Shown in pieces: positions 59,949-64,000 of a stretch of 64,000 nt of DNA. The DNA is from the human T2T-CHM13v2.0 reference genome, Homo sapiens, in the NCBI RefSeq assembly GCF_009914755.1, contig NC_060947.1. One strand, written 5' to 3'. A model generated the notes under the pieces. The model was not told the origin of the DNA. It was given only the letters and a program-made list of their open reading frames with translations, and ran no database searches. Position 1 is the stretch's first letter. The number at the start of each line of letters is the position of its first letter. A program made the translations under genes and the position numbers.

Positions 59949-60334
59949 CATCATGTGTTGTATAACAACGTTTCAGTCAACAATGTGCCACATATAATGA
60001 CAGTCATCCCATAAAATTATAATGGAGCTGAAAAATTTCTATCACCTAGTGATGTTGTAGCCATCATAACATCATAGTACAATGCATTAACTTTTCTATG
60101 GATAGATACACAATACTTATTTGTGTTCCAATTGCCTACAGTATTCAATACAGTGACATGCTGTACAGGTTTGTAGCCTAGAAGCAATAGGCTATACCAT
60201 ATACCCTAGGTATGTAGTAGGCTATATACATCTAGGTTTGTGTAAGTACACTCTATGATGTTTTGCACAATGACAAAATTGCCTAACAATGCATTTCTCA
60301 GAATTTATCCCCATCATTAAGTGATGCATAATGG
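59949..60334 (+). mobile_element. Tigger3/MER7-type DNA transposon
   Basis: ATAACAACGTTTCAGTCAAC...TTATAATGGAGCTGAAAAATT...GTACAGGTTTGTAGCCTAG...CATTTCTCAGAATTTATCCCCATCATTAAGTGATGCAT. Confidence 0.8.
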
Positions 60335-62111
60335 TACTTAAGATATCAACAATGTGGTTTTCATCCCCAAACAAGAAACACTAGTATGTGTATATAACTA
60401 GGGTACAACATTTTCTCTGAAGACAGATAAATTACTAAACTGGTAGAGCTTTTTAAAACCAACATCCTGAAATCAGTAACAAGAACTGCTATATGAGGTT
60501 TTGCTTACCTTTCCCTTAGAAGTAACAAAGTTCATGTGAGGTGAGTTGAAAAATTTTAAAATCATGATTACAAAAAGATATATTTTCTATATAAGTGCTG
60601 AATTTTGAGGATTAAAAAAAGAACTTTATGGAACTGCCAAGCCTGAGACACTTACATAAAACATATTTAAAAAATCCCTAATGGGGTAGTGAATGACCCC
60701 TTTGTTTCCACAGAATTTATTACAATGGAAAACACTGGATTAATACAATGCTCTTGAGAGTTCGGTGAAAATATTAACAAACATTTCTGGACTAGACACT
60801 CTGCCCTGCCCTCCTCTGGTTTTTAGCGCCAAACCTTTTCAAGGAGACTGCCACCCAAGAGGGGAGAGGTCTTGGAAAGAATCCTCTGAGTCCTGGGCCC
60901 AACCCTCTTTGACATATTTGAGAGTGCTAAGAGGAGCACTCTTAACAGCTGTGCAATCTAGTCCTTTCGTCTGTAGTTTCCACAACCTGTGCCAAGCTGT
61001 GGCATGCAGAGACATTGAAATCCTGAACTGGGCATTTAGAAATATTATATGACCATGTAGGAGAGATTATCGTAATCTCTTGTATTTCAGAACCAACAAA
61101 CTTATAATTCTGTTAGTTGAAAATACAGTCAAAATATAGGATTTCATCATGTTCTTTGACCATCTAGGAAATACGTTTCAAAAGATATTTTCCTTCTGTG
61201 TTTACAATATTCAATATTTTAAAGCTTGACATGTTATGAATATTTGGAAAACAGAATCTGTTGGATGGCATACATTTCAATTATGGTAAAACTGAAAAGA
61301 TTTTTGAGGAAATGACAGCTGTTATATTTTCTGATTAAATGTTATTTTCTGTTAACATTTTAACATTACTAATCTCTGCTTTGAACACTAATGACATTCC
61401 ATAACAAGAACTTTTGTGTATGAAAAGGACTGTGTGGCCAAAATTTCAGAAGTTCCCAAAGTTACCTAGTAAGATAGGATAATGATTATCAAAGGGACAG
61501 CTTTTATAAATCTATGCAGAAAACATATTGACATACAGACTGATATCTTATATACATATTTAATAAAATAATATGTATAGCACCCTGTCAAAGGCAGCTT
61601 TTCAATTTAGTAATAAATGACATTAAGAAAAGGTCATCTGTATTCATATTCATTCTGTATTTGCTTTGGAAATTGTTTGCAAACTTCTCCTATAACAGCT
61701 GTATTATCATATTTTTAAAAATTGTCCACAGAAGAAGTAAAAATTTAGGATAAAATTAGCAAAGTCCACTGGAAAAAGAAATCCCTTTTACTATCATTTA
61801 AAAATGAACATTGGCTTTATAAAAGCTTTGTCATACATTTCATGTTGGCCATGACCAAGTACTGCCTCCATCCTGCCATATACCATCAATACTTACTCCA
61901 CTCAGCAAACTCTTTGCCTAAGATCATAACCCCTAAACCCGACAGCAATAATTAAAATAACCAGCACTCTGACTGATATTCAAGTAGCCAGAAAGAATTA
62001 ATGCGGAGCCTTAGAATGCTTAACTTATTAAATAGGAGTAATATAGGTATTGTAAAATTCTGCCTCATTTAATACCTTCTCTTAATAAATTCATAATTTA
62101 AAATTACCTAC

Positions 62112-62195
62112 CTTATAATCCAAGAAAGAGTTTACTTGTTCTACTTCAGAATTACTTATCATGTCACTTTCTTCATCATCAATAATTTCTATTTT
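62112..62195 (-). CDS. HDX: HDX third-to-last exon: KIEIIDDEESDMISNSEVEQVNSFLDYK
   Basis: Acceptor TTCTCTACTTGTGTTACAG|AAA; donor AAG|GTAGGT; 84 nt, phase 0/0; the rest of the gene lies beyond the right edge. Confidence 0.93.
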
Positions 62196-63250
62196 CTGTA
62201 ACACAAGTAGAGAAGTTACAAATATATATCACATCATTCTTACTACACTCAGCAATGCATAGAAAATATGCATTCAATGTTTAGGTTATCTAGTCTAGGT
62301 TATCTGGAATAAATTCTGATAACTGACTGGCTCCTCAGTGTTACATATAGTGTGTGTCTGAGCCACCTCCCTCTACCTTTAACTGATGACTGCTTGTTAA
62401 ATAAAAAAATTAATACTATTTAAAATAGAAAATGTCTTTCTACAATATCCCTAACAAAGCAGGCGAACTGCTTAAACAGCACCCTCCAGGGACAGGAAAT
62501 TTACTTCCTGTAATGGTGGTCTATTTTAATGCGAGTAAACATACAATTGATAGGAATAGCTTTCTTTTTTAAGTTTCCACATGCCTCTTTGTGACTTCTA
62601 ATGTAAAATGTCAGCATATGACATATTCCAAAATCAAACACAATTTTTAAAAATTCCAATATTTACTGCACACTGCACAACTTTAGCTTGACAACTAATT
62701 AAAAGCAGGCATCTATGATGTAATGATAAAAATAGCATGATGATTTGTTTCCTTCACTGAAGAGTAACAGCCAGGATGAGGAGGTGGAGAGAGAGGAAAA
62801 GGGAGAAAGAGAAAGGAGAGAGACAGATTAAATTATCTTTAGCTTTTAAAAAAAGGCATAGCATAGCTTGTACAATATCTTGTCCACAGTAGGTACTAAC
62901 ACTAATTAAATATCTGTAGAAAGAATGAACAAAACAGTTCAGCGTTGATGAAAAAAAAATGACCAATTAGCTCCAACCATGAGGGGGCAAGTTCTCTAAT
63001 CATGTGATTTTTTTTAAAAAAAAAGCAAAAAAAAAAAAAAAGGTATAAGTAAAATCAGCTCTAATTTTTCTTTCACATGTAAAAAACACAGTCAAGAAAA
63101 AACTCCTTTAAATATTTAAACCCTGCCAACCCAAAGAAAATTTTTAAAGAGGAAAAACTAAGCTATATTCAGTCACTAGACGGTCTTTTAAGAACAAGCA
63201 CATAAATAGCAACATGTTGTAGGCAGAATTTGAAATCAGGCTTCCTACTC

Positions 63251-63327
63251 TGTATGTGTGTGTGTGTGTGTGTGTATACACACACGTATATACATATATG
63301 AACACACATACATACATATTTACATAT
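63251..63327. repeat. Compound (TG)n/(TA)n/(CA)n microsatellite
   Basis: Alternating purine-pyrimidine tract. Confidence 0.9.
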
Positions 63328-64000
63328 GGTGATTAAAAGTCACAAATTAACTTGGAATGATTATATTTAATATATTGCGTATGAGGATATGATACTATTA
63401 CAGGGTTTGTGACCTGCAGGCTTTTGAGTCAGGAAAACAGCTGCAGTGAAATTACTTTCTACTGCTGCCTGGAGATGAATCCAATATTTTGTTTTCTATT
63501 CTAATCTCTATAAAATTGGGGCTTCATCATGCCAGCTCTTCCAAGACCTCAGATTTGATATTTTTTGATGTTTTTCAGATTCTCTACATATTTGGATTGG
63601 CTCTGGCAAAAAGGAGCTAGGCAATTCAGGGAGGGATGCACCAAAGGCCACCGTAGAGATGTGTGCATTTAAATAGGTCTTATATGTCTGTTTGATTTGT
63701 TATCCATGAATAATTGGGAGCACTCAAAAGTTACAGGCAGAGGAGATTAGCCTTTGAAAGTGTGGCATTTTGTTTCTAAAAAATCAATTGCTTTTTGAAA
63801 AATTAGGTGCCTAAATGACTGTGAGTCATCCCATGCCATGGCTTCATTCATTATCTCCAAATATCTGCTGCAAAGGAGATTCAACGCAGAGAAATTCAGG
63901 CTACAAATGAGCATGTCTTTAAAGGGAAAGATGTTTCAATTTGTAAATTGTACATAACTTGCACACTAAAACTCAAATCTGTAGCAGATTATTAGTTGGT

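Noticed and set aside
60765-61052. 95-aa plus-strand ORF in unique intronic DNA
   Set aside because: Non-ATG start, no recognisable homology or splice context, and a length expected by chance
62132-62140. Earlier donor CAA|GTAAAC in the 62 kb exon
   Set aside because: Weaker than AAG|GTAGGT 24 nt downstream, and the HDX protein as I recall it includes VNSFLDYK

Overview
This is primate (almost certainly human or hominoid) genomic DNA, AT-rich and extremely repeat-dense. The only protein-coding content is the 3' end of a minus-strand gene. Three phase-0 exons (62112-62195, 54529-54651, 50240-50365) with canonical AG/GT borders splice into KIEIIDDEESDMISNSEVEQVNSFLDYK-NEEVKFIENE...DDKEQQQ-ALLSDLPPEL...SEKNVSESL*. 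I recognise this as the C-terminus of HDX (highly divergent homeobox, Xq21), and the ORF track misses all three exons. A ~4 kb 3'UTR follows, ending near an AATAAA at 46243-46248. Bases 1-45.4 kb are intergenic and mostly nested LINE-1 fossils (L1PA/L1PB/L1MA/L1MB), plus Alu, MaLR (THE1/MST), ERVL, ERV1, MIR, L2 and DNA-transposon relics; essentially all listed ORFs are broken repeat frames. I see no convincing new biological system. The most notable items are an L1-retroposed, polyadenylated HERV-W (LTR17) U3-R fragment with long target-site duplications (TSDs), and a deletion-inversion-deletion rearrangement through an L1PB/THE1 pair. Also notable are several fold-back or templated inverted insertions inside old L1s, twin-priming L1s, and candidate cryptic or recursive splice signals in HDX introns. 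Repeat subfamily names are from memory of consensus sequences, and boundaries are approximate unless TSDs are quoted.
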